Below the pieces are notes generated by a model. That model ran no database searches, was not told the DNA's origin, and worked only from the letters and a program-made list of their open reading frames with translations. DNA of 64,000 nucleotides from Chiloscyllium plagiosum (taxonomy: Eukaryota), in the NCBI RefSeq assembly GCF_004010195.1, contig NC_057713.1:99132449-99196448 (forward strand), read 5' to 3'. Positions within the stretch are counted from its first letter, which is position 1. Each line of letters opens with the position of its first letter. A program made the position numbers and the translations under genes. This document shows positions 30,575 to 45,300 of this stretch, piece by piece.

Positions 30575-33136
30575 ACTATTTGATGCTGAAAATCTATCTC
30601 TTCTGTAAACTAAGGAACTTTTGTACAGTCAATGATTTTTGAGATGGTGAGGTCAGGGGAACACTCTTGACCAGACTTCCTTGAACACACCAGAAACCTC
30701 CTTGTAACTTGTAATATTACAATATAAACTTACTTCCCCTAATCTGGTTAAAATCTGGTGGGGCTGGACTTTACATTAATCTATCCTGCTATATATGAGA
30801 GGAACAATAGGCACAAATCCAACTCTTTTATTGTGAAAACTGAATTGGAAGCAAGAATTTTAACCCACCAAATCAATTTTCATGTGTTTTGAATATTTTT
30901 TTCTAAAAGGACATTGAGGTAGTTGAATGTATGCATCTTTGCGTTGCGGTGCAGCTAGCTCTGTTGCAACATACACTTTTCTCCTCCAACTGCACCGATC
31001 TTGTTGCTCGTGGTGCCCTCAGCACGTTAGGTGCACAATGTGATCTCTATCTGGCCTTTTGCTTCCCCATACCATGCCACTGTTCCTTCCAGAAATATCT
31101 TTTCAGTACTGTTGCTTCATGCAAATGCTCAAGTATTTCATTTCTGAATGAACTTTGTTTCTTAATACCCACTGGTCTGTACATCAGTTAATCACATCTT
31201 GAGCATTCTTTGCAAATGTCAAAGTCCAAAAGAATTAATCTTTCTTCATGGTCCAGCATTCTGCACCATAAGTAACAGTAGGAAATACCAATGTGTCCAA
31301 AAATTAGTTAGTGCAGTCATTGCTTGTGATATGGCTTCTACTTCAACTCTATTTTCCATATGCCCTGAAGATCAAAAAAACTCTATATTCCAGCATTTAT
31401 TATATTCAACCACATTCTCAGGTAGTTTTCCAAAGATGTGACTCAAAAAAAACAAGAAATTTTTCATCTCAGTCCTAAGTGATCAGACCTTTAACCTGAG
31501 ACTACCTGTGTTCTAGATTTCCCAGTCGAGAGAAATTACCTTGGTACACCCTGTTAAGCTTCTTCAGAATCCTGTATATTTCAATGGGATAACTTTCTTT
31601 TTTAAACTGCACTGCCTTGTGATCATTTAGGATTTAATTGATGTAAATTAGGATCTAGCTATAACACACTTATGGACCCCATCATCCCATTCCTTCCCAC
31701 CCCCCCCCCCCCATTTCTGATGAAATAAAACTAATACAGTACTCTGCAGCCAAAATCACGACTTCATATTTGCCAACATTCACACAACTTGCACTTGCAT
31801 AGCACCTTAAGGTAGTATAACAACAGTGACCCACAGAAAAAGACATCAAGAGATTTGATTAAAATCTTGGCAAAGAGAGCAGGTTTTAACAAATCTCTTA
31901 AATGAGAGGCAGAGAATTGTGGGTCTTAGGAGCCAAAAAGCTGAAAGCCAGCCACAATAGTGGATTAGCTAAAACTGAGTGTGCCCAAGGTATCTCAATT
32001 AAATGTACACAGATTTCTTGGAAGTTGTAGGGTGGAAGGATGGGACCATGCCATGCCATTTACAAACAAGTGAGAGTATTTTAAGATGGATAGTTTGCCA
32101 GATAAGGAGACAGTTTAGGTCAGCAACACCAGTTGATGAATAAACTGGATTTGATATGAGCTCAAGTTTATGGGAGATGGCCAGGAGAACATCTGGAATT
32201 GAAGTCTAGAAATAACATATGGATGGGTACTTAGGTAGCAGATGAGCTGAGCTAGGGGTGGAGTTTGAGATTGCAGAGGTGAAAGTATTGGATCTTAATG
32301 ATGAGGATTGTGTGGTTGGGAGATCACAGGGTTAGGGATTCATTTTATCTGTACAGTAATTAAGTGTAAGACAACACTTCCAAGATCAGATCTACTGTTT
32401 TAGAAATTCTGTGCCCTGGCTGTGAGAGCTGCAAGTTCTAGATCTACTGTTCTCAATATTCCTCTCAAACTTGGGAACTTTGGATACTGGTGCAAACAGG
32501 AGGAAAGGAAAGATTGAAACAAAAAGTCATAATCCAAATTAGCCTCATTCATCAATATGGTAAGGTGTGACATTAAAAATGAGGTTTATAAGATTAATAA
32601 GAGGTCTTATGGCACAGTAGATAGCACCTCTGTCTCAGTCAGAAACTCTAGGTTCAAGTTCCACTTCAAGACTGATGGCCAAGGAAAGTGTGTTTGACAC
32701 TCACCTGTTTGGCCATATCAATCTTCAGACCCTTCCAAAACATGCATCGACAGGCACTAAGTGGTGGAAATACGTGGGCAGCCGTATGATGATAAAAAAA
32801 TTTTGAGCCTCAACCACAGTCATCTTAATTTCAGCTTACAACGTGCAATTAAAAATGCTGGTTTCCACAGCAAGTCAAATTGGTTGGTTCAGTTAGCCAG
32901 GGGCTGAATTTCCATTTTGGTGGAGCTGGTCACTTTGAGGTTTGAAATTTTTAAAATATATATTTTAATTCACATTACAATTCAGCTCTCTGTGGGCAAC
33001 TTGGGACTTCCCTAAACTTGGTTATTAGCTACAGTTCCAAAACATGCAGACTCCCAGTTTCATACACTTCACATTGCTCCAAGCTGAGATTGTGGGGACT
33101 ATCATGGATCCAGTCTCCTTTCCCCATTCTCCTAAG

Positions 33137-33362
33137 TTACCATTTCCAGTCCCAAGGCACACACAAGTCACCATCCTGTAACACTGTATAGAAATGGGAG
33201 ATACACAGGTGCATCCCTTGTAACTCTCCTATGTGTCCTTCAAGGAGTCTTTGACAGCACTTCACCATTTGTTGGCTGGACACACTGGGCTCCTTATACA
33301 GTCTCTTGAGTCCAAATTGTTCTATACAATCTCTGATCAGTGTCTTCTGTTTCAGTTCCAAT
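33137..33362 (-). CDS. TCAIM: TCAIM last coding exon (...DGDLCVPWDWKW*)
   Basis: Within ORF 33137..33388; acceptor gactag; TAA stop. Confidence 0.93.
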
Positions 33363-36300
33363 CTAGTCGGATAAAGATAAAAATCCATTAATTTCTGGAG
33401 TGAAACAGTGGATTTGCTGGAGAAGTAATAGAGAGTTTACATTTAATTAGCTGTCAAGTTCAAGGGACGAAGAGATAACACTGAGTTGTGATGTAGAAGA
33501 GCTGGTGTTAGACTGGGGTGTACAAAGTTAAAAATCACACAACACCAGGTTATAGTCCAACAGGTTTATTTGGAAGCACTAGCTGTCAACTACCTGATGA
33601 AGGAGCAGCGCTTGGAAAGCTAGTGCTTCCAAACAAACCTGTTGGACTATAACCTGGTGTTGTGTGATTTTTAACTGAGTTGTTGGTCATCAATCTGTTG
33701 TTGCACACTAATGGCTTTTCATCCTCAGCCTTGCTGTTATTTTGAAGAGTTTGCTGGTTTTATGCATTATTTACCAATTAAACTCACCACAGATTTAGGG
33801 CTGATAAGTATCAGTGTAACTATGTATCTATGTAACTTTTGGTGGGCAGAAAAAGAGCAAATTCAATTTAATGAAGTGTGACTTGGTACATTTAGGAAGA
33901 TTTAACAAGGCAAAATAATACACAATTAATCAGAAAATACTGAAAGGTGAAAAAGACCTCTGACTGTAGGTCTATAAATTACTGAAGATAGCAGGACTGA
34001 TCAATAAGTAGGTTCGAAATCTTGCTCTTTATTAGCCAAAGTAGAGGTGATGCTAGAATTGTATAAATCTTTAGTTAGGCCACAAGGACAATTTGCAATT
34101 TTGATCACCTCATTATAGAAAGGATGTAATTGCCCTAGAGAGGGTGCAGATGAGATTTACATAACGGAAAATTGTAGCTGTAAACAAGATTTTGATAGGT
34201 AGGGTTGTTCTCCTAGCAGAAGAGTAGGCTTGGAGGAGAGCTGATTGAGACAAACAAATTGTGAGGGTCCTGGATAGAGCGGCTCAACAGGGCTATTTAC
34301 CTCTGAATTCAAAATGATTGGTAGAAAGATTACAGGTGAGAACAATGAGGCAGAAATCCTCAATTCATATAAAAGGTGTCTGGATATGCAGCTCAATTGC
34401 AGAAACCTGAAGGCTGTAGCCTGATTGCAGCAAAGTGAGATCAGGTTGTGTAGCTAGATTCTCAGCTGGTGCAGCCACATGATCCAAGTGGCTGTTTCTG
34501 TGCCCCACCTTTTCTTGAGTAACAATGTAATAATTAATGCAATGTAAATACATTGCTCTGGTTCAGAACAAGAAGAATTTAAACAATAATATAGAAGAAA
34601 AGATGCGCAGATGCTGGAAACCTGAAATAAAATAAAAAAAAATACTGGATATACTTTGTGAATGAGGGGGCAGTGAACAATTTAAATTGTTTAGGTTCAA
34701 ACTTTCAGATGAAGTAATGCCAGTGATTTTGCAAGTATAAACAGTTTTAGTTTTACTTTTAACTTTATTTTTTCCTTTGTCTCAATTCACCCTTTCTCCT
34801 CCTTCCCTTTATTTCTGGATCTGATTTCACTGTAATTCACCTAATTTCCTTTTTTTTGTCTGTTTCTTTCAGTCCTTAAATCCTCATGTTTAGAGTTCCC
34901 AGATGCCCCTACACTATTATCAAAAGTTTATAAAGAAAGACTTAATTAATGGGGTCTCATTAAGATTTGCCCTATCATCAGAATCTTTCCTTATTAAACT
35001 AAAGAAGTATGACTAATAATGGTTTTATTACACCATGATTTTACCATCTCCTTGCTGTAGCCAGTAAATATCTAAATCACATCTGCATTAACTGTTGATG
35101 TTAATGAGCGATTAGGCATCTTGGAATTCAGAAATACTGACACTCCAATCCCTTTGAGTTGATCCAGTCAATGGTTCTTTATGCACATTGGGAAACTGAA
35201 GTGATTTTATTTTAACAATTCTTTAATGAATTACCCATATATGCAAAAACCATATATGAAAGTGTGTGAATGTCTGATCCTCTTCAAGAGTGCGACTTCA
35301 ATTGTCACCCTCTCATCTATAACATGTGCTCAGTTAGAATCTGTTACTTACTCTTCCTCTTTTCTCAAGTAGGTCCTGGCTCTTTGTGAATGAGCCTGAA
35401 TAAACCGTTGTAAGGTAGTGGGGTCACATGTTACAGGTATGCTCAGTTGACCTGCTTGAAGGAGGCTAGGATCAGAAGAGTCACTGAAATAAAAGAACAG
35501 CATCCTGTTAACATGAGCAGTGTTGAAATGATGGAGTAGCAAGTTGTTAAAAGTCTTTACATTTCCTTCCATAAACGGAGGACATCCCAAAATGCTTCTC
35601 ACTCAAATTATCCATTTCTCCTCAAGTACAGCCACCAATTGCCGGCAAGAAACCTGTGATGTTGATTGAGAGACAAATATTGGCCACACCGAAAAGAACT
35701 CTCCTGTTCAATGAGGTGGGATCTATGACCAACTCCCACCTCTCCCTTTCCTCCCTCTCCCCTCCCCTTAAATGTTCAACTGACTGACTTCCATTGAATT
35801 TATGAAAAGGTCTTTGGATAGAAATAAAGGTTAGTACCATGGTTAATTTTTCGCTGGATTGTGAATCAAACCTGGGACTTTCCATCTAGGGGATAAACAC
35901 TATGTTGGTCCTGGCAATTACAAATTGAGTCATTTGGAGTAGTCAAATGCAAAAACAATGAGAATTACCAGTTTTCCTGCCAGATGTTTCTCCCAGCACC
36001 AGTCAAGACATTGATTGCATAAACTTATCTGGAGTTAAACAGAACTCGAGTAACAGTGATTCAAGAAAGCAGCTCATCAGTGCCTTCTCAAGGTCAGCTC
36101 GGGATAGGCAAGATTCTGGCTTAGCCAGTGACACCCACATCCCATGAGTGAATGAAGAAAATTGCTCAGGAAATGATTGAATGATGCATATGACTGGCCA
36201 TATCATCAAATCCCACCCACCTTACCATCCTTTCCTCAATTGGAGAGGTGAGTACAAACACAAAGGTGGCCATCAAAACAGCTGCCTACACATGCACAAA

Positions 36301-39300
36301 TGGGCCCAGTCACATCAGTTACTGGTGGCAGATGTCCCTAAGCCAGAACAAATCTCAGCACGAATAGCCAGCATCACTATGTTTCGAGGATAATAATGTC
36401 ACACTTGCTGCACTTAAGTGTGGTTTCACTTGCAACTTTAGCAATTACTCACTTTTGTAGAATTATTTGCAGTCCTTTTAGACTTCGTGGGTGAAACAGA
36501 GGTTGAATAACTATCAAATTCTGATAGAAGGTCTTTAACATTCTGTAATAATCTTCGAGCATAACTGTTGGTTGCAGATCCTCATCATAAATTAATTCAA
36601 CGTCTCCCAGAAGGTAGCTGGTCCTCTCTTTCAACACAGAAAGATGGCTGTGAAGATCACAGTAGATGGGCAACCTCTCCAACAGCTTCAAGTAATAACA
36701 AATTAAATATTTACTGAACCAATACTTGATCATTCACAAATTTAAACATTTTACAGATGCCTTTGTTACCTTCAGACTGGACTCGTCCAAAACGTTTTCT
36801 GCCCAGCTTCCCACCTTTCACTCTCTGCCAAATCTACATTATACAAAACTGTGTCAGTTTGTCCCAGTTATCCATCACCCACTGTACTCTGCATTGCCAG
36901 ACTGGGAGCCAGTGTATCTTGCTCCCAGTCTGGCAATGCAATGATGTTAAAAATTATATTCCCCCTCTTCCACCCTACAAGCCCCCTGCGCCCCCCCCCC
37001 CCCCAAGATCTTGGTGCTCCTCCAATTTGGAATTCCTGAGCATCCCTTATTTCTTTCAATCCCATACTTAAGGCTGTACCCTCAGCTGCCTGGCCCCTAA
37101 ATTGAGGGATTTCCTCCCTAAACTTTGACCAGATAGAACAAAGTAAATATTTCTGAAAATAAGAAACATGAAATGCACACATTTTGCTATAATGTTGTCT
37201 TTACTGTTGGTTTCACTTACTTTTGCCCAGTGATGATGGACATCCACAGTTCCCAACATAATCTGCCCTGCAGCATTAATCCCGGAGTTATCAGCAAAGA
37301 TTAAAGTACGTCCTGTAAAGGAAACAGGCACAGCCATGGAGGGGGATGAAAGATTTGCATCAAGATTCACAGCGTAGAAGATACATCACACAGTTCCACT
37401 TTAAATTAGTCACAGCCTTATCTGGAATAAATAAAAGCAAAGCACTGCAGATGCTTGAGATCTGAAATAAAAACAAAGTGCTGGAGAAACTCAGCAGTTC
37501 AGGCAGCATCTATGGAGACAGAAACAGAGCTAACATTTTGAGTCAGATGACTTCTTCAAACCAAAAGCAGCTGGAAAATGGTGGTGTTATGCTGTTGATG
37601 AAGGGGAAAGAGTGAGTAAGTGAAACGGATGGTGAGAGTGGCCAGTATGAAATTGATAATGGTAGGAGGGGAAGGATAAAAGTGCAGAATAGGTTTTAAT
37701 AGAAGATGTTACTTGCAGAAAATAAGTCAGCTCTATTATGAGCAAACCAGACACTGGGGGAAGAGAAGGTGTAATCACAATGGAGGAAATTGTTCATGAT
37801 CTTAAGTTGTTGAACTCAATGTTTACTCCTAAAGATGGTAAAGTGCCTCAGTATACAATGTGGGGCTGTTCTTCCAGCAAGTGTTGAGTTTGGTTTGAGC
37901 ATTAGAGCAGATCTGGGAATGTTAGCATGAGAGCAAAATGGTGTATTAAAATGGCAAGCATCAGGAAGGCTGAAGTCTTTCCTACAGATAGAACTGTGGT
38001 GTTCCATTGAGCAGTCACCCAGCATGCGTTTGGTCTTGCCAATTTATAGGAGAGCACATTGTGACACAAAATACAGCACAGTAGGCTGAACAATGTACAG
38101 GTAAATTGCTGCATCACCTGGAATGCATGTTTGGAACCTTGGAGAGTGAGAGGGAGATGAAAGAGTAAGTAACACACCTGTGCTTACAAGGGAAGGTGTC
38201 ATGGAAGTACTGTGGAGGGAATGATCCTTGCAAAATGCTGACAGTGGAGGAGAGGTGAAGATGTGCTTGGTAGTGGCATTCTACTGGAGGTGGCAGAAAC
38301 GGTGTTGGAAGATGGAAAATCCTCAGTTGAAGAAGATGGTGACGTCGAAAGCATTCCTGTGGAGGAAAGGTGGCATTATTGGAAATGATGTGACAGAGTT
38401 GAAGAAACTGGAGAATGGAATAGAATCCTTACGTGAAGTGGGGTACTGTATGAGGACATGTATTCAAGATAACTGTAAGTATGTAATGTTGTGTCGCCAT
38501 AGTCTTGCCAGACTATAGGGGCTGCTCTCACTGGTGGTGATTTAACCTGAGGGCTGTCAAACCTCAGGCAAGGGAAGAAGTTGAGAAGGAGAGTCCTTCG
38601 TGGTAATCTCAAACCAGTGATGGGAATTGAACCCATGCTATTGACATCACACTGTTCTGTAATCCAACAATCCAGCCAACTGAGCTAAACTGATTCCCAG
38701 GTATGAAATGGATATTAGGGGAATAGCCTATCTTCAGAAATAGAAACAGAGAAGTCAAAGAAGGGAAAGGAGACTCAGATGCACTTGGGGTAGGTGATAG
38801 AAGGATTCTATTAGAAGATCCCTTACAAGAAGTTTATAAGGGTATTGGGTGGATTTAATTGAAAAACTTGGAGCAGAGGGAGGGTAGAATTTGGAATAAA
38901 CAGAAATCACAAATGAAATATTAGCCTGCTTATCTTGTATCTGAACATGCTGGCATAACCATTTTCAAGTTTTGATTTCACATTCCAATGCTTGCAAGTA
39001 TTTATGAAAAGACAGACCTTTGATATTGTGCAAATCTGGAGAATTCTGCTGGATGAAACGAGTGAGGCTGTGTAATTGGCTACATCGATGAGCTACTCCC
39101 CAACTTCTCTGCCACCTAGACCAAGAGCAAAATTAAAATTATATTGCTGGAGATGGAACCAAATGTACTAATGAGCAGTGAGGAATATTCCTAAACATGG
39201 TAGAAAGCAATGTGAAAAATAAAACTTTAATATTCTTCTATATTCCAGAACACACTGGATTCCAGGACAGTTCCAGCAGATTGGAAAACTGCTAATGTGA

Positions 39301-42300
39301 CCCCCTGTTTAAGAAGGAAGGGAGACAGAAATTAGGAAAACTATAGGCTAGTTAGCTTAACGATGGGAAAATGCTAGAGACCATTATTGAGGAAGAAAAA
39401 GCAGGACATTTAGAAAAGCTTAACACAGCAAAACAGACTCAGTATAGTTTCATGAAAGAGAAATCACATTTGACTAATTTAGAATCATAGATTCATACAA
39501 ATGTACAGCACGGAAACAGACCCTTAAGTCCGACTCATCCATGCTGACTGGATATCCTAACCTAATCTAGTTCCATTTGACAGCACTTGGTCCATATACC
39601 TCTAAACTCCTCCTATTCATATACCTATCCAGCTGCTTCTTAAATGCTGTAATTGTACCAGCATCCACCACTTCCTCCGGCAGCTCATTCCATACATGTA
39701 CCACCCTCTGCATGAATAAGCTGCCCCTTAGGTCTCTTTTATATCTTTCCCCTCTCACCCTAAACCTATGCCCTCTAGTTCTGGACTCCCCCACCCCAGG
39801 GAAAAGACCTTGTCTATTTATCCTATCAATGCCCCTCATGATTTTATAAACCTCAATAAGGTCACCCCTCAGCCTCTGACGCTCCAGGGAAAACAGCCCC
39901 AGCCTATTCAACCTCTCCCTATAGCTCAAATCCTCCAACCCTGACAACATCCTTGTAAATCTTTTCTGAACCCTTTCAAATTCTTTGAGGATATAACAAG
40001 CAGAGATGATAAAGAGACTGGTAAATGCAGTGTATTTGGATTTTGAGAAGCATTCAATAAGGATCCACTTATGGGGCTGCATGGTGGCTCAGTGGTTAGC
40101 CTCACAGCACCGGAGACCCGGGTTCAATTCCCACCTTGGGCAACTGTCTGTGTGGAGTTTGCACATTCTCCCCGTGTCTGCATGGGTTTCCTCCAGGTGC
40201 TCCGGTTTCCTCCCACAGTCCAAAGATGTGCAGGTTAGGTGAATTGGCCATGCTAAATTGCCCGTAGTGTTAGGTGCATTAGTCAGGGGTAAATATAAGG
40301 TAGGGGAATGGGTCTGGGTGGGTTACTGTTCGGAGGGTCGGTGTGGACTTGTTGGGCCGAAGGGCCTGTTTCCACACTGTAGGGAATCTAATCTAATCTA
40401 ATCTAAAAGGTTATTGCACAAGATAGGAGCTCACAATTTTGGGGATAATGTTGAGGATTAGTTAACACACAGAAAACAGAAAGTTAGAATTAACAGGTAG
40501 TTTTCAGATTGGACAGATGTAACTATTAGAGTGCCACAAAGATCAGTCCTAGGACCTCAATTATCTAACATTTATATTAATAACCTGGGAGGAAGAGGCA
40601 GAGTAAAAATGTATCCGAATTTGCTAATGATACAAAAATAGATGGAGGGCATTTTGTGATGACAACATAAAGGATTTGTAAGGAGCTACAAATAGGCTAA
40701 ATGAATGGGGAAAACCCTTGGTAGATGGAATTTAATTTAGGAAAGTAGGAGGTCATAAAAGAGCAGTACAGAGGAATTGAGGTGTTCTTGTGCAAGAAAT
40801 ACAAAAGCATGTAGTTACAGTAAATAATTCAGAACACAATGGAATTTTGGCCTTTATTGTGAGAGAGGTGAAGTTTAAAAGCAAGATGTTGGCGAGGCTG
40901 CACCTGGAGTACAGTTTTGGCCATTGTACTTAAAAAAGGATCAAATCATATTAGGGCTCTGATGACTAAAAGCATGGTCAGAGGTAGGTTATAAGGAGGG
41001 GGGGTTGAAGGAGGAAAGTAAAGTATAATGCAGAGAGGTTTAGGGAAGGGATTTCAAAGCTCAATGTCAATGGTGTGCAGTTGAAAGGTATAAGTTAGTG
41101 GTGGAGTACACCCAAGAGGCCAGAATTGGATATCTTGGGAAAGTTGTGGAATTGGAGGACAGCAAAAATAGGGAGGGGTGAGGCATGGAAAGATCTGAGT
41201 ACAAGGGTCAGAAATTTCAAATTAAGATGTTGCCAGATTGGCATCCAATGTAAGTTGGAGGGCCATGGCAGGATGTGGGGGGTGCATGTTTGCATGCGTG
41301 CAGGGGTGGGTGAGTGCTCCCAAGTTTTTATACGAGCAGTACTTTTGAATAAATCCAATTTCTGAAAGGTGAGTTCGACTGGCGAGGATCAGAATAACTG
41401 AGTTTGGCTATAACAAGATCACAGTTGAGGGTTTCAGCAGTGGCAGAGATGGCATTGTTACAGAGGTGCAAGTTGGTGGTTTTGGAGTTGGAGATGCAAA
41501 GAGGTTGGAAGTTCAGTTTGAAGTCATCTGATTCTGCCTTAGCCCTCGCAAGTACCATTAATCCCAACCTGTTTAAGAGGTGCAATGAAAAGCAGTTGTA
41601 GAGTGGGTGTAATCATCTCTGAGCTACAAGACAGCTCAATACCTTTTTAGATTTAAAGAGATTCATTTAAAACTCTATATACATTTCCCTTTCTGGCATA
41701 TTTCACTTCCTTTTAGAAGTAATACCTGATATCAGTTATCTCCAGTTGCAGACACAGTTCCGTTTTTAAACGCTCGAGCTCATCTCGCAGTGGAATACTG
41801 ACAGTTAACTTCTTGGAAGCAGAAGCTCTGTTTTTATGCAACCACAACCTACAAAATTAACAATATCATCAGTTTGTCAGCATTACTCTCTCGATAACAT
41901 CCATGGTTTCCTCAAAATGATTCCAAAACTAAAATCCATGGGGTGGAGAAACCTTGGTCTAGTAACACTTACGTAGCAAAATTTAGGATTGTCTATGACT
42001 CCCGCACCATCAATTTCAGAAAACTAACTGACCTCTTAACTGGCACCACTACGCCTGTACAAATCATTTCACAATACTACCACGTCTAAATAGACTCAAT
42101 ACAACCTGACATCGTCCTCATTTATAAAATACAGAAACCTGCGAAAGCTTGCTTAATTTACCTTTTGCATAATCAAGTCCATGGAATAGCCTAAAATGGA
42201 CAAGTTTTAAGTACGATTGTGAGAATCTTATTGCTGTAAGGGTAGTAGAAACAGATTCAACACTTTACAAAGAGAACTGGATGAATTCTTGATAAAGAAA

Positions 42301-45300
42301 AATGGACAGACTCTGGGAATGAGGGGGAATGAGAGGGAAGAATGGGACTAATTAGATTGCTGTTGCGAAGAGCTAACTCAGGCATTGTGGATCGGATGAC
42401 CTCTTATTGCATTGAGATTTCTAAAAGATTTATTTTGCAAACCTAATCCCTTAGTTTACAAGAACGGAGTGGTTAACAAATTGCCTTTCATGATTTCAGG
42501 ATATCCCAAAATACTTCATGCTCCTACTCTTGAAATGTAGAAACGCTAGTCAACTTGCTCATAGTAAGATCCCACGAATAGCAATTTAATAAGGACTGGA
42601 TAACCTGATTATTTGATGCTGATTGAGGTTTAATACCTCATTCAAACGATTTGCATCCGTAACACTGGTTTTGCAACTGGAAATCTTCTTTCAGTGGAAT
42701 TCCATAGCATATCAGAAATATGCTTTTTCTGATATATGATTTAGACTTAAATATAAAGGTGATCAAAAGATAATTTGATAGTGTCATTGATAGTGTGGAA
42801 GGAAGCTTTTAAACTGTAGCATTTCAATGGACTGTCAAGTGGTTAAAACAAAGTGGCAAGTAGAATTCAATCTTGAGGCATTCAAGGTAATGAATTTGTG
42901 GATGATGGTATACATGGTAAATGGTAAAACATTGAGAAGTGTAGAGGAATAGAGAGACCTCGGAGTGTATTTCTACAGATCCCTGAAGGTAACAGAACAG
43001 GCACATAGGATAGTAGACATAGGGGATAGTTTTCTTTACAAGTCAGTGCAGAAAATATAACAGCAGGGAATTCATACAGGAACAGATAAAGCATTGGTTA
43101 GACCAAAGCTGGAATACTGTGTACGATACTGATCACCTCATTCTAGGAAGGATGTGATCATACCAGAGAGGCAGAGGAGATTTACAATTTCACTGGAAAA
43201 AATTAGCCATGTGGGAAGATTAGTTAAGGCTTGTTTTTAAAATGGAGGATGCTGTGGCAGATCAGTTGGTGTGTTTAAAATTATGAAGGGCCTTGTTGGA
43301 GTAGATAGAAAGGACCGATTTCACTTATCAGTGATATAAATAACTAGGGGGCAAAGATTTCAAGTGATTGGCAGAAGGATTAAAGGGGAGTTGAGGATTT
43401 TTTACTCAGAGGATAGTGCACATCTACAGTCACTGGCTATAAAAGTATAGCATAGGCAGAAACCCTCATCTGAATTATAAACTATGCATTATATATGTAA
43501 AGGACAATTATAAATTATAAAGGGTAAACATACACATCTGAAGTACCACAATGTCAACAGCTACAAACATCAGCCTGAGAAGTTGATTAGGTCTTTTAGG
43601 ACCAGCACAGGCACAGTCTTCTTCAGTGCTGTACATTTTTACGATTCTATAAATGGTGCATTCCCTCAGTACTGTTCCTCTGATAGTGTTGTACTTCTAC
43701 AGTATTGCCCCTCTGACAATGCAGCACTTCCATTGTACTGCCCCTTTGATAATATTGTACTGTGACAGTACTGGCCCTCTGACAGTGCAGTTTTCCCTTT
43801 ATAATGCCCCTCTGACAGTACATACCATCCTCAGCACTGTGGTCTGACATGGTCCCTCTGACACTGCAGTGCTCCCTCAGTACTGACCTACAGACATTGC
43901 AGTGCTCCCTCAATACTGACCTACAGACACTGCAGTGCTCCCTCAGTACTGACCTACAGACATTGCAGTGCTCCCTCAATACTGACCTACAGACACTGCA
44001 GTGTTCCCTCAGTCCTGACCTACAGACACTGCAGTGTTCCCTCAGTCCTGACCCGAGTGAAGATTTGAACTCATGGCCATCTTAGTCGTGCTAAGCACTA
44101 AGCCACAGCTGACATTTGAATGATTAGCCAAATATTAATGATACAATTATCTGGAACTGGGATAGACCAGAGCAACTATTACAGCAATTAACACAACCTT
44201 AACTGAGGTAGGCAGTAACAGTTCTTGTACCCAAGTGCAGGTTCCATATGGACAGTGCAATCCAACTCTTCCTCTGGGTCTCTGTAGCCAGTGACAGTGT
44301 AGTAGGTCTTATCCCACCGGATAGGTCTGCCAAATGGAATGGTCGCAGTCTGCTGAGGCAGGCCCTTGTCAATCTGTGTATCTTGCACATGATCCGTGGA
44401 TAAACTGCAGGATTTCAAGATCGTTACTACCACACTCAGGAGGTCCTTATTCTGTAGCGTGAAAGTAACTGGTCGAAACCCTGAAACAAATAGTTTTGTT
44501 TTAACATTAACTAAATTTGTAGACATAAAGTGAATGTAATTAAACATAGAAAATAAGAACAGGAGAAAGCCATTTGGCCCTTCGAGCCTGATCCACCATT
44601 CAATACGATCATGACTCATCATCCTGTTCAGTACCTGTTATAGCTTTTGCTCCAGATCCACTGACCCATGTAGGCTGAAGAACTATAACTCCTTCTTAAA
44701 AACATTCAATGTTTTGCCCTCAACAGTGTCCTGTACCACTAGACATGCTCACCACTTTGAGTGAAGACATTTCTCCCTATCTCAGTCCTAAATAGCATAA
44801 CCCGCATCCTTAAACTGTGACTCCTGGATCTCAGTTCTCAGGAACACCCTTCCTGCATTTACCCTGTCTAGTCTTGTTAGAATTTTATAGGATTCCATGA
44901 ATTCCCCTCTCATTCTGAACTTCAGTGAATATAGTCCCAACTCTCTTCATATGGTCAGTCATGTCATCCCAGAATCAGTCTGGCAAATTGCATTACATTT
45001 TCTCTGTAGCCAGAACAGTCTTCTTCAGAGAAGGAAGCCAAAACTGCACACAACATTCCAGGTGTGGTCTTACCATGGCCCTGTACAATTGCAGCAAGAC
45101 ATCCCTGCTCCTGAACTCAAATCCTCTTGCTATGAAGGCAGACATATCATTTGCCTTCTTCACCGCCAGCTAGACCTACACGCTTAGATTCAATGACTGG
45201 CACAACAGACAAATTACTGGACGTAAAGCACAGGCAGAGGTTATTCAGCCTACCATCATCAGAAATACTTCTCTGTCCCACATTCTTTTCCCAAAGCTCT

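Larger units (their letters stand above)
39245..40930 (+). mobile_element. Old CR1 RT region hosting a nested younger CR1 and an HE1 SINE
   Basis: W..ANVTPLFKKG, VYLDF.K and VPQ.SVLGP remnants interrupted by two insertions. Confidence 0.75.

Noticed and set aside
43647-44085. Repetitive ORFs (LQCSLSTDLQT / REHCSVCRSVL) resembling zinc-finger repeats
   Set aside because: Translation of the 33-bp minisatellite inside a TCAIM intron.
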